Assembly: GCF_037042905.1 (NCBI RefSeq)
Contig: NC_087263.1
Span: 15,006,001-15,070,000, forward strand
Direction of reading: 5' to 3'
From: Lytechinus pictus
Lineage: Eukaryota
Length of the DNA stretch: 64,000 nucleotides
Shown here: in pieces, positions 49,429 through 62,863 of the stretch
Layout: each line of letters starts with the position of its first letter
Position numbering within the stretch: the stretch's first letter is position 1
Translations under genes and position numbers: made by a program
Notes under the pieces: generated by a model
What the model saw: the letters and a program-made list of their open reading frames with translations, nothing else
Databases searched by the model: none
Told to the model about the DNA's origin: nothing

Positions 49429-49702
49429 TTTCTATTCGCTTACTTTCCTTATTTCGAGGACGATTTTCTTCGTTCGAAATTAAAAATGGACTAACATTGA
49501 ATTTCTGAATACAATATGCCTTTGAAAACGTGATTAAATATCGAATACAATAATTTCATTCAGAAGGTCCTACTACAGGCAGAGAAGTCTTACGTAATAG
49601 CACAGCTGTTGTTTATCATTTCGTCCTTGGCTCAACGCTCATAATCTGGCCTGTGGAGGTGAAATTGAGACAGCGGGGATTACCTGGCCAAGCGGGGTTG
49701 AT

Positions 49703-49848
49703 CAGGCGGGTGTTTCATAAAGCTGTTCGTAAGTTAAGAGCGACTGGTGATCCTGTCTTGTGGTAAATGGTACACTCCATTGGCGATAATCACCAGTCGC
49801 TCTTTAAGTCGCTCTTAACTTACGAACAGCTTTATGAAACGGCCCCCT
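49703..49848. mobile_element. Palindromic MITE
   Basis: gtttcataaagctgttcgtaagttaagagcgact pairs exactly with agtcgctcttaacttacgaacagctttatgaaac. Confidence 0.8.
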
Positions 49849-51588
49849 GGGCTTGGAAATGTTTTAGATTTTCAAATGCAAAATGGGGTGAAATACCGCA
49901 GTTTGCAATCTGAACTGCGGTACGTTCTCAAACGGGGGTTTGACGTAATGCAAATCATCGGGATCACCCAACATAGCAACAGTTACTGTAGGAATGCAAA
50001 CTATTCCAGTTGTTTTGCATATAATCCTGTTATCTATAAGGTGCTTGGTACTCAGTATCTATTTTTGTTTCCTGGTCAAAGGGAATTCGTAATTCAAAAT
50101 GTCAAAGTTCAATCATTAATAACAACTTCATGGAATAACTTGTAGCTCCATCGGGAATCAAACGTATATTGATTGAATGAATATCCTTGCAAATCAGCTT
50201 TCAATCTGTTCATAACAAAACATGCAAGGCCGCATAAAACGGCATGTATCTTCGAGCACATACATGTACACGTAAATAATCATACTGAACTCTTTTTGTC
50301 TGCATACGCCTGCCCTCCCATAGGCTAAGGGTATTAGCGGCTCCATGTACACATGTGGGGGGCAAATAACGTTAATCACGGTGAGTGTTGCTCGAAGGTT
50401 TACTGGGAAATCATCTTGAACCATTGTCCGACTGTGATCTCTCTAGTTCTTTTCTGTCTTCTTCCGTTTCTTACTCCCTCTCGCTCTCTTTCTTTCTGTT
50501 TTTTTTTAAATCCTTTTCTTGATCTATCTGGCATGTCTAAAACTGGGTTTTAGACATTTCTTTATTTTCTCTCCATTTCCATTTAACTTGAATTCTGCAT
50601 ATGTACACAGATATCTCTGTTTCTCCCTTCCCCCTTTGTCCACTGCCATTCTTTCCCTCCCTTTCTCCCTCTCTCTCTCCTACCCCCCTCTCATATTTTA
50701 TTGTCTCTCTTTCTCAATCCCTCCTACCGTAATAACAAGTTAGGGTTATCAATAAGTATTTATAGGTGGAATGAACTGTGTGTGGTCTCTCATTGACTGT
50801 GTGTTATAAATGCAGTCTTAGAATATACATTTTCAGATATCTACTCATACTACAGAGAATAACTTGAACTGTAATTGTATTTATATAGAGAAACTAAAAT
50901 GTTCTGAGTGAAAAAGTAATTGTTTTGCTACTTGGTAACATGATTATTGCAGTATAAATGTTTTGAGTACCGTAGTTAATTAGCATGTTATCATTCAAGT
51001 GGGGCTTTATTACTAGACTACACTAGAATTATTGGTCAGGAAACTGGCCAGGTATGAGTAGTTGAGGACTCGAGATGGCGCTATTGATTCGTATCTGCTT
51101 TAATTGCAACATGTTATTTATGAATTAGTCTCATGTCTCCAAAGTCATTTCAATCCAACAATTAAAAAAACAAAACAACAACATACATCACTATTTATTG
51201 GAGCAGACCACCCATGCAATTAAATGACAATAGTAACCATAGCAATGCAGTATAAGAGACTCTTCAGAACATTTTTAGGGCCCTAACCGGTTCCCTCCTC
51301 ACAATTTCTCCTCCGCAAAGTGTCAACCAATTGAAAAATGACCTGCATTCGGCAACGTAACAAAAGAGCCCCAACTTTCGTCCAGATAGATCAATCAGGT
51401 ATTGGCTTCACGTATTTCAATTCTCCCTTTTTTCAGCTTAATTCGATTCCCATCAAGAGGAACAGTTATACATGGCCAGGAAGGGTTACCAGACAGTCTA
51501 ATCTATTTACTCAGTAAAAGCAGTGTTCTTGCATGCAAGGGGATAGAGTGTGCTGAGAAGTGATTTTGAATGCAAATTACAATTGAAC

Positions 51589-51654
51589 CTACTACTACTA
51601 TTACTAGTAGTAGTAGTAGTAGTAGTAGTGGTAGTAGTAGTAGTGGTAGTAGTA

Positions 51655-51688
<34 letters not shown>

Positions 51689-51873
51689 AAGAAGTAGTAG
51701 TAGAAGTACATGTAGTAGTAGTAGTAGAAGTAGTAGTAGTAGTACTAGCAGTAGTACTAATAGGTAGTATTATTATTATTAGTAGTAGTAGTAGTAGTAG
51801 TAGTAGTAGAAGTAGTAGCAGGAGTAGTAGTAGTAGTAGTAGTAGCAGTAGTAGTAGTAGTAGTAGTAGTAGC

Positions 51874-51939
<66 letters not shown>
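51589..51939. repeat. (CTA)n followed by a long imperfect (TAG)n microsatellite
   Basis: Direct reading, about 350 bp. Confidence 0.95.
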
Positions 51940-51940
<1 letters not shown>

Positions 51941-54900
51941 TGAATATTCCCATGTACATATGTTTTCAGCAAACTTCAAACTTTTACACAGTTCTAACTC
52001 ACTGAAAAAAAAACAATCAGGATATTGCAAGTTATTTTAAGAGATTTTGGACCATAGTCAAAAGCTAACTCTGCTTTAAATCATGGAATGTCGAAAATAT
52101 GAGCATTTTTTTTATGTTACTTTTTTTTCCTATGCTTTAGTGATGAAGGAAATAAATTTATTCATTACTCAAAGACACCTATGAATGAACTGACCACCAA
52201 ATGAGCTGAAACTGCACTGTTTAACTGCTAATGCTAATGTTGAGAGATTTGTGTCACAACTGATTAACCAATGAAAATTCCAATATGAAACGAAGATTAA
52301 ATTAAATAAAGATCAAAATATGGGCCTTTATATAAAAATTACAGCTCACTGTGACTTCTTGGTTTGATTTTAATCCATATAGGCCATGCAATAGTTCAAC
52401 CAGAATACCTGCATAGCTGTACAATGAAAGTAGTAAGACCTTGAGCTAGCCGTTGTCCAATTTAATCTATGCGGATTTGGCACCAAAACAGACACCCAGT
52501 CATACAGAAAACACATAATAGCAACTCAATTAATATTTCAGTTTCTCATTATATTCCCAACCGATACACAAAGCATACTCATGCATGCTGCAATGTGAGG
52601 TTGAGGCCTGGCCAAACCGTTATGGACAACAAATGGATTAAAAGTGCACATGCACGTCAATAATTATAATTTCATTGTTTGATTATAAAGGCTATGATAA
52701 TCGATGCAGTAGGAGTGGGTGTTCTAATTAAGGACAGATCTATATTCCCTTCTCACAATGATGAAATAAAAATATTTATTTTCAAAATGCTGATGTTAAA
52801 TGTTTTAGGTCAGGCAAGAGTTGGCATTTAGAACGTTTGACTTCTTTGTGAAAATGAATATTAATGTTCATTTCAACCAGTTGGAGATTTCAAATATTTC
52901 GCTGGGGTCTATTTTCATTCAGTTTTCATAAACTGTCAAAAAGTCAACACAGAAAGTACTACAATTCAAAATAAACAAATAAATACCAAATTAAATCATC
53001 AAGGATCATGGAACAATTCTAAATAAAAGGTTCAAAAGAGAAAGGATTTTCCAAACTGTCCATTCTGTAAAAGAGACCCTGAAACTATTGTACATAATTT
53101 TGGTGACTGTCCAGTTGTTAACATTGTGTTGGATGACATTTTATCTACATGTATAACCCCCCCCCCACAAAAAAAAAAAAAAAATCCAATATTATATTTC
53201 CCCTTTGTATAGATATTTGGTATTCAAGGTGATAATTTTCTAACATTCATTTTCTTGCTTTCAAATACTTTTGCAAATTTAATAACAAAATCTCAAATAT
53301 TGTGGAATTCAAAGCTCGTATTAAAGGTATTAGGGATATTGAATATTTTTTGGCTAAGAAAAGTGGTAAATTACCTGTACCTTTAAAAAAAATTGAAATT
53401 TTATATTCAATTTGTATTTTGTATCTGTCTTTACAAACTTATACCTACTTAAGCGCTGCTCTGTTTAATCATGTAGATAGCTTGTTGATTTGTTTGATTT
53501 ATATTGCGATTTATATTTTGATCGATAAAGATTGAAAGAAAAAAAGTTTCACCTCCTCTCCAGATCATGAATTTAACGTGATGTAGGGAATGGTGAGTTG
53601 ATAGGACGCAAACTTGTTGCATAGGGGCAGATAGAGAGCCCCTGTGATATGTACTTGAAATGCACACTTCAAAAGGATTGCACGAATTCCATACATAATT
53701 GAAATCGACTAAGGCTGGCTGTCCCCAAAATTGACAAGTTATTTCTGACAAGGTGAGTTACTAGGCTTCTTCAAGACAACTCAAATTGTTTTTCCACATC
53801 AACATGATGAACATTTCTTTTTCCTTATCACATGTATTCAATATATTGTAGTGTGATGTATGACATTTAAGATTTTATGTGGTTAGTGATTGGGGCTTTT
53901 GAAAATATTGCTGGAAAATGCTCATTGAGGAGGGGGTGTGTTGCAGATATATTAGTGAAGTCTGGAAGAAGGCTATCCACGAGTTGTTGATTTGGAAAAC
54001 ACCACTTGAATAAGAATGGGATTCGTAGCCTGTAGGAAATCCTGTGTAGTTAAATCCAACAGCATTTATCTTGCTTTTATCTATATATCTATCTATCTTT
54101 TCTTTTTCCCTTTCTGTTTCTCTGTTTCTCTCTATCTCTCTCCATTGCTATCTTCTCAATTCCTTTTTCTCTTCCTTTCTCCCTATAACTTATTTCCCTA
54201 CAAATTATATTTTGTATTGATTCTTATGTTATTTACGAGAGCTATTTAACTAAGAAAGGGTATTTTGCTATATTTTGTTTTTCAATCCATATACTGACAA
54301 ATATAAAAAAGGGGAAACTCTGATTTATCACAGAATATACATGTACAGGTGTATATTTACAATACAGCACATAGAAAACATTACCATCACATTTATACAA
54401 AAAATAATGCACATGGTGTATTTATGTATTAACATGTTTTCTTAAATATATGTTTTGGTGGCAAATAGCTACTAGCTCCAATGCATACCAGTATGTCCAA
54501 TTCCCTATTTATTAACATACAACAACCGAAGGTCAAATCATTATGGCTATTTCTAACATGTTGTCCATTCCTGAGATAAAACCTCTCAAGACATTTAATA
54601 TAATGCATTCATAACTTGTATGGCAGCAAGAAGGGGTCTTCCTACATTCATACACACATGCACCTTCATATGCTGATGGGTATTAATACATAACCGTTAT
54701 GTACCTCTCCATTGCATGTTCATACCAACAAGTACATTTTTTCCACAAGTTTAATTTTTTTTCGTTTCCATTTATGTGTACTTTTTTTTCAAATATCATT
54801 ATTTATTGCAAGTATTGATTTTTCTGCGGCATACTTCGCCGTATACATTTATACATTATACACCCACATATACCACATCTACCGAAACAAACACAAACGT

Positions 54901-55489
54901 ATACATCCAGAAACAGACTTACATGAGCTTATTTCATCCATCAATTAAGGTATGTCATAATCATTATCACCATTACCAAGCAACTAAATGTATAGATACA
55001 AAGGCTTCAACTTTCTATGTTCCAATACACATTTAAACACTAAGAACTACCTCAATTTATGTGCATACTATACCTTCACTAAGCCATAATAAATCTCCAA
55101 ATGATATGATTCCGTATTACTTATATTCCTCGTGCAGGCAAATATTCCTCATAGTATAACTCCAAGATTATAAAGCACATGATAGCTCCAGTCATTCAAA
55201 ACAGAGCATTATGTAGCTATTAGGATACTCATAACATACAGGGATTATACAACATCTCCGGCACAAAGCAGCATGTTCCTTGCGCTGATCTATCCAGCCG
55301 TGAATCTGAACCAAGCTCTTAAAAGGTGAGATGAAGCAACAACAAAAAATGCAGGAATAAATAAAAATCAAGAGCTCTCTACCTCACAACACTGCCCAAC
55401 CAGCTCCCACTCTGTATTTAAGGATCCTGAGTGAGCTCGATCTGCACAGGGGCTGCAATTTGGCCGTGTTGGTGCGTGCTTTGGCAAGG

Positions 55490-56112
55490 GAGGGTGAGAA
55501 AGAGAGAGAGAGAGGGAGAGATAGAGGGGGGGGGGGTAGAGGTGAGATGATTTCCCTTGTGGATGCTGTGCAATGCATGGAGCAGGGAAGCTTGGGCATC
55601 TCTCGGTGATGATGGCAGAGAGAGAGAGAGAAAGGGAGAGATGGAGAGAGAGAGATGGAGATGGTAAGAATGAGATGTGGGAAGAGAGAGGGAGGGAGAC
55701 TAACAGAGGTGATTGTGTGATATAGGGGGGGGGGTGAGGGATACAAAGCAAAGGATACAGATAAAGATATCAGGAGATGGATAGAATGAGAAAGTAGGGG
55801 AGAACGAAAGAGGGGAGAACGAAAGAAGAGAGAGACTGGATAGAGAAGAAAGAGAGTGATAGAAAGAAGAGAGAGAGAGATGGAGAAAAAGAGCAAGAGC
55901 CAGAGAGGTGAGGAAGAGAGACTCACATAGATTAAAAAGAGAAGAACAAAAGAAAGAAATGAAGAGAGCAAGAGAGAGAAGAGAGGGGGAGAAAATGTGA
56001 AGAAATGAGGGGAGTGAGCAAGAGAGAGAGAGGGGAGAAAAGAAAGGAGCATGTGAAGAGGAGAGAAAAAAAGACCGAGAGAGAGAGAGAGAAGAGAGAA
56101 AAGAACAGAGAG
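55490..56112. repeat. GA-rich polypurine low-complexity tract
   Basis: Direct reading. Confidence 0.85.
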
Positions 56113-56424
56113 AGCAAGACTTATGAAAAGGCAGTAAGCTAGCGTGCATCACCGGCATTTGACATACTATGTACAGTACAAACCTCCCCACAAGGGCTAG
56201 CTAGCACAATGAAGACCTACGGAGCAAAAGAGGCATGCCAACATCCATCTGAAGAGAACACATCCGAGGAAGGATGGCGTACAATGTTCGCTCGCTATAA
56301 AGACTTCCCCCGATTCCTGCAAGCGGACAGCCCGTGTGTGTGTGTGTGAGGCATTGCTGCCGTCATACAAGCACGCTAAGTTATGAATCATATGAGTAAA
56401 GCGAAGAGTGATAGCACTCCTCTA

Positions 56425-57600
56425 GTTGCTTTGCAAGACCCCAATTTCCTAATGGATTTCAAAAGCAGTCATCTATTCTGCACAAAGTCAACATTCCAAG
56501 CTTCAGAAATGTTCATGTTTATTCAATTAGCATATTCACAAGTTCCGACTTGTATGTACATTTCCTATTCTATTTTTGCTTTCATTTCCAGGTCGGAAAT
56601 GTAGAGAGGGAGAAGTAATGAGCATGCTTGCTTCGCCAGACCCTAAATTTCTTAATGGTTTCCAAAAGCAGTCATCTACTACACAAACTCAACAAAGCTA
56701 ATAATCCCATTTTCCAAATATTTCCATGTTTAGTCAATTAGCATATTCACATGTGCCAACATTTTAATGTACATGAATTATCTGATTTTGTTTTCATTTC
56801 CAGGTCGGAAATACAGAGAGGGAAAATTAATGAGCATGCTTGCTTTGCTAGACCCTAACTTTCTTAATGTAATTTAAAAGCAGCTTCGAAATATTTCAAT
56901 ATTTATTCAATTAGCATATTCACCAGTCCAAACATGTAAATTAACATACATGAATTCAATCTCCAATTTAATTTTGCTTTCACTTCCAGGTCGGATATGA
57001 AGAGGAAAGAAAATTCATTACGATGGTTGCTTTGCCAGACCCTACTATCCTAATGGATTCCAAAAGCAGTCATCTACTACACAAACTCAACAAAGCCAAT
57101 ATTCCCAGTTTCCAAATATTTCCATGTTTATTCAATTAGCATATTCACATGTGCCAACATTTTAATGTACATGAATAATCTGATTTTGTTCTCATTTAAA
57201 GGCTGGAAATATAGAGAGGGAAAATAAATTAGCATGCTTGCTTTGCTAGACCCTAATTCTCTAATGGAATTCAAAAGCAGTCATCTGCTACCCAAACTCA
57301 ACAAAGCCAGTAATCCCAGTTTCCAAATATTTCCATGTTTATTCAATTAGCATATTCACAAGAGCCAACATGTAAATAGACATGAATCCATTTTCTACTC
57401 TAATACTCCAGGTCAGAAACACAGAGGTAAGAAAACATACATGTATTACGATGCTTGCTTTGCTAGATCTTAAATAATTTCCTAATGGATTCCAAAAGCA
57501 TGCAGTAATCTACTGCACACTAAATCAACATTACCAGCATCCAAATATGTCTATGTTTATTCAATTAGCATATACACCAGTTTCAATGTGTCCATGTGCA
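56425..57600. repeat. Minisatellite, about 190-220-bp unit x 6
   Basis: gctttgc.agaccc.aa recurs near 56428, 56630, 56842, 57029, 57240 and 57457; caattagcatat is present in every unit. Confidence 0.9.
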
Positions 57601-57949
57601 TGAATGAAACATAAAGAAACATAGAATATTGATTTTTTTCTGACTCAATTATTACGTTTATCATTATAATTCTATGTAAATTGCTTCAGTATCCTTTAGT
57701 ACTAACTTTTGATATTTCCAAGATTAATCTTGAATATTTAGTTTATCACAAGAGGTGTGAAGTTTGAAATGAACACGATGTCTCAGTCTTTCTATTAAAC
57801 ATTTTTTAAATCCATGATACTTGAATAAAAAATGCTTCAACAAAAAACAAAGCCAATTTATTTGAGTAATCTCAAAGCATCAGAATTAGTGCGGGGCGAT
57901 ATTTAGATATTTGAATTGTGCGATATTGAAAAAATGTTGAATATTCGTT

Positions 57950-58053
57950 GGGTTAAAGCCGGGGGTAATAATAATAGCAGGGCCCGCTGGTAGAACAGTT
58001 TTCGAAACTGAAGTGGCTACCCTGGGTAAATATACCTATATTATTATTATTAT
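57950..58053 (+). mobile_element. 5'-truncated SINE family A, tail type 3 only
   Basis: taaagccggg.gtaataataatagcagggccc..ccctgggtaaatatacct(att)n, the reverse complement of 42733-42820. Confidence 0.8.
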
Positions 58054-59555
58054 CCTCCCTATTTTGACCTCTGATTAAAAGAAAGGGATTTTAGAAATAT
58101 GCTTGAAATCAACATTAGATGTGAAACTACTGAAATATCACATTTTTTATATTTTGATATTTTTCTTGATATAGGACTAGGTAATTTATATCACAAAATG
58201 TACATTCCGTGTATACAAACAGATATCAATTTTCCATTACATTTAATCATTCAAATAACCCTTCGTTTGTTTTCTAGTGCCTGACTTGGTTACATAAAGC
58301 AGTCTTTGATTACTCTGCAAAAACGATATTTGAAATTTTTAGCAACACTGATTAAGCCCATTACTCTAACAACTATTGTTTCTAAAAAAAACTCGTTAAA
58401 GAGTTTAAACAATACTTGTTAGCATGACTGGCTTTAACAGCATTGCTTAAAATGTCAAACAGCAGGTTTATATGTAGGTACTTGTAAAACAATATAGATT
58501 GTCAAGGGAAACTATACAGAATGCGTAAAGGAGGGGAGTGGTTGGAGCACCGAAAAGTATGTATGAAATTTACAATACTTTTGTTGTTCTTTTTCAATGT
58601 TTTAACATTTATGCTTCCTGTCTGAACACAGTTTACAAGCTGAACTCTTCAGCATTAAGCAACGTTTGAAAACAGATGCCGCAAGTGAAGTCTAAACACA
58701 GGCATACCCACCTCCCTTCGGCTTCAGCACCTATTTCTTGATGCATATTTGCACGACGGAATCATATTGGATGTGAATAATGGATTTTTCATCAAGTCCC
58801 AGCACGATATTAACTCATCATTTTCAGCTGAGATATGAGAATTACGGAGTTTGCCAAAACAACTTACTCTTGATCGGTGTGATGGAGTGAATTTAGATTT
58901 AACCCTTTCCCTCTTACGACACAAATCAGTTAGTATCCTCTGGTGGAAAGGGCTTTCTTAGCCGCAGCGCTTTCTTCATGGAATAATTTACTCTTCAATT
59001 TGAGGATTCTAAAATCTTTAAGCGACCTTCAAACCTATTCTAGGCCAGCGTGTGTCAACGCAGGGCAAGTTGTTTTAACATTTAATCCCATTTCTTGTTG
59101 AAATCAAACAATCAAATTCTTGGTATAACTATCAAGAATTAATTTCTTGATGTCAAGAAAACCATTGTGTATTAACAAATGGCAATTCCTGGTGTATCAA
59201 AATAACTCTTCAATACAGGAAATAGGGTAAATTATTATATGGCTTAGGGTAAATGATTATATGGCTTGCCATACATAGACAATCAGTTTGTGTTGCTAAA
59301 CAATGTAATTCTTCATTCTAGAAAATAGGATAAAACAATTAAAATGGCCTGCCATAAACACTGGCAAAATAACTAGGTGTGGCAGCGCCTGTAATACCAG
59401 CAGTTTTTGTCCCAATATCATGAGGACACTCACCCACACTCTATTCACTGTTTTCCGTGCACCCCCCTCCAAATAAAATATTTCCAGACCATTGACACTG
59501 TGCAGTATAAATGCCTTTCAGTGAACAAACCAACAATATATTCAAACAGGAAATA

Positions 59556-59770
59556 GGTGGTGGTGGTGGTGATTTTTTACCTGATTGCTAAGAAAGCATG
59601 AATGCTTGTAAGCAAGCGACCAGAGGACCGACGGCTTAAGGTCCTCTCCGAAGGACCTGGTACTGAGGATTAATGCCTTACCAAAGGGCACTAGCGCACC
59701 AAGTGGGAATCGAACCCGGGTCACCGGAATACGAATCCCCCGCTCTACCGACTGAGCTACCGCGCCTCCC
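59556..59770 (-). mobile_element. tRNA-derived SINE family B, apparently young copy
   Basis: Head GGGAGGCGCGGTAGCTCAGTCGGTAGAGCG..GGGTTCGATTCCC, 140-bp body and (CAC)n tail; second copy at 39306. Confidence 0.9.
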
Positions 59771-59781
59771 TATCTTGTTAA

Positions 59782-59974
59782 GGGGAAAGCAACGGTTTTA
59801 AATCATTTTATCTCCTCTTTTACTGTCATCAGAAATGAGGTTGTAGTGTACAACTAATAAAGACAAAAGCAAAACATTACTTTCATCTTTATGAGAAAAA
59901 GAAGAACAAGGGCAAGGACAAACTTATGACAGTAAAAGTGGGGATAAAAATGATTTAAAACCGTTGCTTTCCCC
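59782..59974. mobile_element. TTAA-flanked MITE with GG..CC termini (Kolobok-like)
   Basis: TTAA at 59778-59781 and 59975-59978; about 48-bp TIR ggggaaagcaacggttttaaatcatttt. Confidence 0.85.
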
Positions 59975-60959
59975 TTAATAACAAGTTAGTGTGATTGGTC
60001 TGGCGGCGAATTCTCAAAGAGAATTCGAGAGAGCCACTCTGTAATTAGTCTATATTGCTTAGAAATTGACGATCTGATGATGGTAAAGGCTTCATAATGG
60101 GTAATGAGCTTCGTGGACGTATATAAATCTAACAGCCTAACGACATTCATTTTAAGAAATAAAAGTCAACGTTATCAAATATGTGAGTTGCTATGGCAAC
60201 CGAATGATCACTACAAAGGTGCTTAATGAGGCAAAAAAGTAATGACTTTGTGAGAAAATGAAAAAAATGAAAATGAAATGGTGACGTGACGTGACAGAAT
60301 TTCATTTCCAAGTCAAGAGTAGCTGTTAGAAGCAGTGCATACTATATATCCTCAACGCAAGCCAATGCTATTGGGCCGATTCAGAATTGTTGTTGAATGG
60401 ATTAATGCTATCTAGCCTCTGCCAGCTCCCCCCCCCCCCCCCCCCCCCGCCAACCACCTCAACGCAAGGTTTTGGGTTTTGAGTGACTTTTTTATACCAG
60501 CATTACAATAAAAACTCCAGGGGACCCCCCCCCCCTGGGCCCCACCCTTCTCTCTAGCTGAGAAGCGAAAATGTATTTGTATCTTCAATAAGATCCCACA
60601 GAAATCAATGTCCCCGTAATTGAAGAGATGTTTGGTGCAACAAAAATCTCAAAATGGTGTCAGGCGATGGATGAACAGACAAACAGAAATATCACCTCCA
60701 GTAGATGAGACAAGAACAGACACAGAAAAACAGACGAAGGAGACAAGACAAGACTTACGGAGAACACAGCCTATTTGAGCTGACCTTTACAAATTTCTGG
60801 AGGGGGGGGGGGCTATTCATCTACGATACATTAGGAAAGTACACAATCAATCCATTTAGCAGCTAGGTATGGAAAGGCCTTCTCTAAACAAGGAGTAAAT
60901 TGATGAATGGCCTTCTCTACTTCTTCAGACAAAAAGATAAATAAGGGCGGAGGAATGAA

Positions 60960-61780
60960 GGAGTTCACTGATCTGTATCACCGACGAATCGCCATGGCGA
61001 TACAGGAATGATATGAGCAGAGGGATTGGTCATAAAATGTATATGTGAGAGGATGCAAAAAAAGAGGTAATTATTCATTTTTTTTAATTAACAGATTGAT
61101 GAAGTTCCAAAGTGATGAAAGGATTAATATGAGCAGGTACAGAATATAAAAATAGAGGTGATTTGTTTGTTTTTCTACAAATAAATTGATCAATCGCCAT
61201 GGTGATACAGGAATTATATGGACAGAGGGGGTGGTCATAAAATGTATATGTGAGGGGATGCAAAATGGAGGCAATTATTCATTTTTTTAATTAAATGATT
61301 GATGAAGTTCCAAAGCGAGTAAAGGATTAATATGAGCAGGTACAGAATTTAAAAATAGAGGTGATTTGTTTGTTTTTCACTAATAAATTGATCAATCGCC
61401 TCGCCATGATTATACAAGAATTGTATGGTCATAAAATGTATATGTGAGTTCCAAAGAAATCAAGGAATATGAGCAGATACAGAATAAACAATATAGGTGG
61501 TCTGTTATTTGTCAGTGTGATATGTGAACAATAGGAGCAGAGGGGGTGATGTAAAATATACGATAAAAGATGAAAAAATAGACGTAATTATTCATTTTTC
61601 TACCAATAAATTGGTTAATCGCCATGGTGATATACGAATAATACATGCAGAGGTTGTGATCATAAAATGTGCTTTTAGAGAAAGTGAAAATAGAGGCAAT
61701 ATATTCCCTTTTCTATCAATTGATGAATAATTGATGAATTGCAAAGCTGACAAAGGAATAATACAAGGAAAAGATATACA
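60960..61780. repeat. Minisatellite, about 200-220-bp unit x 4
   Basis: aatcgccatgg.gatac..gaa..ggtcataaaatgtatatgtgag recurs near 60988, 61193, 61395 and 61617. Confidence 0.85.
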
Positions 61781-62285
61781 TACAAATAGACAAATAGCAT
61801 AGAATACGAAAAACAGAAGAAGTGACTGACTTTTCCCCAAAATGAAAACAAGCACATAATACTTTTAAATAGGAATAGTTCTATGAAACTTTTAATACAA
61901 GTTTCCCACATTTACATGTATGTTGCATTATCATTGCTGTTTTTTTATGTACTCATTTACAAATATTTCTTTATTCGTTTTCTATTTATTAGCTTTTAAT
62001 TATTTCAATTTTATCCATTCATTTATCTACAATTGTTATTTCATTTATTGTCATTTTATCATTATAAGTCTTCATTTTATGTGTATGTGGGTGGGGGAGG
62101 GGGGTGGGCAGGAACAGGAAATGATGCCAATAAACCAAACCAGGAATATACTGGGGATACGTCTTAGAACAGAAGAAATGGCATTCAGCTGTGGATGCCT
62201 AATGCACTGAGAAGTGTGAATTTTATGGGTGTAATTAAGTTATGGGGGCATAAAGGTAAGGAAGAACTTTGGCTGTTTACTTTAA

Positions 62286-62863
62286 AGGTCAAGTCCACCC
62301 CAGAAAAGGGTCGATTTGAATCAAGAGAGAAAAATCAAACAAACATAACACTGAAAATTTCATCAAATTTTTTTTCGAAATAAGAAAAATTTCGCTTAAT
62401 TTCCCAAAATAGTTATATGCACATCCGGGTGGGTATGCAAATGAGGGAATTGATGACATCATCCACTACTTTTTTTCTGTATTTCATAATAAGAAATATG
62501 AAATATCCTAATGTTCTCCTCATTGCCAAGTGAAATAACAATTAATTCCACCCTGAACATATGAAATTAGCAATGCTTAATACTATATGGTTCCATCGAG
62601 TTGGTCCTTATTGTCATATCTGTAAAAATTGAAATATTGTGTAATTCAAACAATAAAAACAAAAGAAATAGCGATGGACATCATCGACTCTCTCATTAAC
62701 ATGTCACTGAGTTGTGCATAACTGTTTTTTTTTTAATAAGTGAAACTTTAAAATGTCATAACTTTCATATTTAACACCTCATTTTGATGAAATTTTCAGA
62801 GTTGTGCTTGTTGGATTTTCTCTTTTTATTCAAATCAACTTTTTGTTAGGATGGACTTTTCCT
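62286..62863. mobile_element. TTAA-flanked non-autonomous DNA transposon (Kolobok-like, AGG..CCT)
   Basis: TTAA|AGGTCAAGTCCACCC ... GGATGGACTTTTCCT|TTAA, with about 80-bp imperfect TIRs (ctgaaaatttcatcaaa / tttgatgaaattttcag). Confidence 0.8.

Noticed and set aside
51507..52030. Poly-Leu/Val/Ser/Thr/Tyr ORFs
   Set aside because: Translation artefacts of the (TAG)n microsatellite.
55368..56191. Long Leu/Ser/Phe-rich ORFs (also near 9057, 16311, 38436, 43062 and 43949)
   Set aside because: They arise from GA/CT low-complexity tracts that lack stop codons, and show no protein-like motifs.
56425..57600. CRISPR-like array (also 47180-47760, 60960-61780 and the 23537 internal repeats)
   Set aside because: Whole units are homologous with no unique spacers, the context is eukaryotic, and there are no cas genes.
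59695..59770. tRNA gene (also heads at 11587, 15270, 35800, 39306, 42698 and 43007)
   Set aside because: A and B boxes are present but there is no proper acceptor stem, and each continues into a shared SINE body and tail.
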